From IMG/VR virus record IMGVR_UViG_3300010357_001370, positions 10,927 through 74,926 of that record: 64,000 nt of DNA. One strand, 5' to 3'. Numbering within the stretch: position 1 is the first letter of the stretch; the number at the start of each line of letters is the position of its first letter. Position numbers and translations under genes: made by a program. This document shows, piece after piece, positions 62,599-64,000 of the stretch. A model generated the notes under the pieces. That model was not told the DNA's origin. It did not search any database and saw only the letters and a list, made by a program, of their open reading frames with translations. The DNA comes from a virus. Lineage: Duplodnaviria; Caudoviricetes.

Positions 62599-62627
62599 CC
62601 TCTCTAAATTAGTACCACTAATTAAAT

Positions 62628-63875
62628 ATGAGCGGAACGATACATAGAGCGTTAAAAATCAGGCTCTATCCAAACAAAGAACAAGAGACTCAAATACTGA
62701 AGACGCTTGGTTCTTGTCGTTTCCTCTATAACCAGATGCTCGCCGAGAGAATCAAAACCTACGATGAATGGAAAGCCTCTGGTGAAGATGTGCGAAAACT
62801 CTATGAACATCAATATAAGACTGAAAAACAATACAAACAAGAGTTTGAATGGCTCTCTGAGGTCGATTCAATCAGTCTCCAGCAGTCTCGAATTGACCTT
62901 TCTATGGCTTACCAAAACTTTTTCAGGTCCCTCAAAGGAAAAAGAAAAGGTAAATCAGGATTTCCTAAGTTCCATAAAAAAGGTCAGAAAGACTCTTATC
63001 GAACATTGAATCTTGGAACTACTATAGCAATCAATTACGAAACTCGAAAAGTTAAACTACCTAAACTTGGTTGGATTAACTACAGAGATTTAAGGAAAAA
63101 TATAAAAGGAGCAATCAAGCAAGCTACAGTAAGTCGCACTAAAACAGGAAAATACTTTGTATCGATTCTATTCGAGCAAGAGCTCGAATTAGAGGGAGTT
63201 GAAATCAATCAGGATCTGAAAACCAAGGGTCTTGATATGAATCTCTCCTCCTTCTATGTAGACGATCAAGGTAATTCTCCTGCATATGAACATATCTATC
63301 GCAAGAATGAACCACGATTGAAACGGCTTCAAAGGAAGGTTTCTAAGAAACAGAAGGGCTCTAAAAATAGGGAAAAAGCTCAACTGAGAGTGAATAGAGT
63401 GTTTGAGAAAATTACAAACTCCAGAAAAGATTTCTCTCAAAAACTTTCTACAAAACTCATACGAGAGAATGATGTCATCGTAGTAGAGTCTCTTAATCTT
63501 AGAGCAATGGCTCAATGTCTGAATCTTGGAAAATCTGTCAATGATCTTGGTTATGGAGAGTTTTTAAGACAGCTTCAATACAAAGCATTATGGAATAATA
63601 AAATACTAATTGAAGCTGACAAATGGTTCGCTTCTTCAAAGACTTGTTCAAAATGCGGATACGTTCACAAAAATCTGCAACTTCAAGACAGAGTTTTCAA
63701 TTGTCCAAGTTGTGGATTCGAGATTGATCGAGATCAGAATGCAGGAATCAATCTCAAAAATTACGGATTAAGAGAATTAGGGCTGGGACAGCCCGAATCT
63801 AAGCCTGTGGAGAACGAGTTGCACGAGGGCTCTTCGATGAAGCAGGAAGCCGTGAAATCTTTAGTTTCACGGTAG
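62628..63875 (+). CDS. tnpB: RNA-guided endonuclease TnpB
   Basis: ALKIRLYP, GSCRFLYN, GFPKF, GLDMNL, VVESL, SSKTCSKCG, CPSCG and DRDQNAGINL. Confidence 0.95.
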   Translation: MSGTIHRALKIRLYPNKEQETQILKTLGSCRFLYNQMLAERIKTYDEWKASGEDVRKLYEHQYKTEKQYKQEFEWLSEVDSISLQQSRIDLSMAYQNFFRSLKGKRKGKSGFPKFHKKGQKDSYRTLNLGTTIAINYETRKVKLPKLGWINYRDLRKNIKGAIKQATVSRTKTGKYFVSILFEQELELEGVEINQDLKTKGLDMNLSSFYVDDQGNSPAYEHIYRKNEPRLKRLQRKVSKKQKGSKNREKAQLRVNRVFEKITNSRKDFSQKLSTKLIRENDVIVVESLNLRAMAQCLNLGKSVNDLGYGEFLRQLQYKALWNNKILIEADKWFASSKTCSKCGYVHKNLQLQDRVFNCPSCGFEIDRDQNAGINLKNYGLRELGLGQPESKPVENELHEGSSMKQEAVKSLVSR

Positions 63876-63900
63876 TTCACTACAACAGTCATTGCCGCTG
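63740..63900 (+). ncRNA. Predicted TnpB omega/reRNA scaffold plus flanking guide
   Basis: Established for IS605 TnpB: the RNA overlaps the tnpB 3' end and right end. Hairpins GGGCTG-GGA-CAGCCC and the right-end hairpin are present; the 5' boundary is a guess. Confidence 0.5.
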
Positions 63901-63926
63901 TTGTTAAGTTTGCGCTTGGATTGTAG

Positions 63927-64000
63927 TCGGGGTAGAGGGAGTCGAACCCTCACGAATTAACGTCTGATCTTAAGTCAGATGCGGCTACCAGTTACGCCAT
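63927..64000 (-). tRNA. tRNA-Leu(UAA), 5' end cut by the window edge
   Basis: D-arm TGGCGTAACTGGTAGCCGC, anticodon arm TCTGA-CTTAAGA-TCAGA, long variable arm, T-arm GAGGG-TTCGACT-CCCTC; CCA not encoded. Confidence 0.88.

Larger units (their letters stand above)
62164..63880. mobile_element. IS200/IS605-family insertion sequence (divergent tnpA and tnpB)
   Basis: Matching subterminal hairpins CCTCGAAA-TCTTCAG-TTTCGAGG (62184-62206) and CCGTGAAA-TCTTTAG-TTTCACGG (63850-63872). The right end is TTCAC at 63880. The left end is inferred after TTTAT and is less certain. Confidence 0.8.

Noticed and set aside
1-64000. Alternative genetic code (stop recoding)
   Set aside because: Recognisable proteins are full length in the standard code, and TAG (7258, 13155) and TGA (53717) end complete domains.

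Overview
This is a 64 kb slice of a large T4-like (myovirus/jumbo-type) phage genome in the standard genetic code. The host is probably a spirochaete, inferred from a STAS+Zn-ribbon anti-anti-sigma gene. Structural genes are a gp23-like major capsid (cut by the window edge), a gp21-like prohead protease fused to a long coiled coil, a gp13-like neck protein, a gp20-like portal and a fibre-like protein. Accessory genes include rIIA/rIIB, an RNA-repair toolkit (two RNA ligases, PNK-like kinase, cyclic-phosphate receiver domain, HAD, phosphoesterase, nucleotidyltransferase), host-signalling modulators (EAL phosphodiesterase, (p)ppGpp-hydrolase-like HD protein, Hsp20, STAS), homing endonucleases, an IS200/IS605 element (tnpA/tnpB) and a tRNA-Leu. 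The most striking feature (38.0-47.1 kb) follows the portal and fibre genes: six radical SAM enzymes around two paralogous ~320-aa proteins whose ends are packed with (Y/H)-x-N and C-x-N triads, a candidate phage-encoded RiPP-like protein cross-linking system. A second unusual region (26.4-32.5 kb) is an array of paralogous modules carrying an acidic GDVSSF-like leader. Two promoter-like motif families and two deletion scars are also visible. All calls come from motif recognition by eye; no database searches were run.
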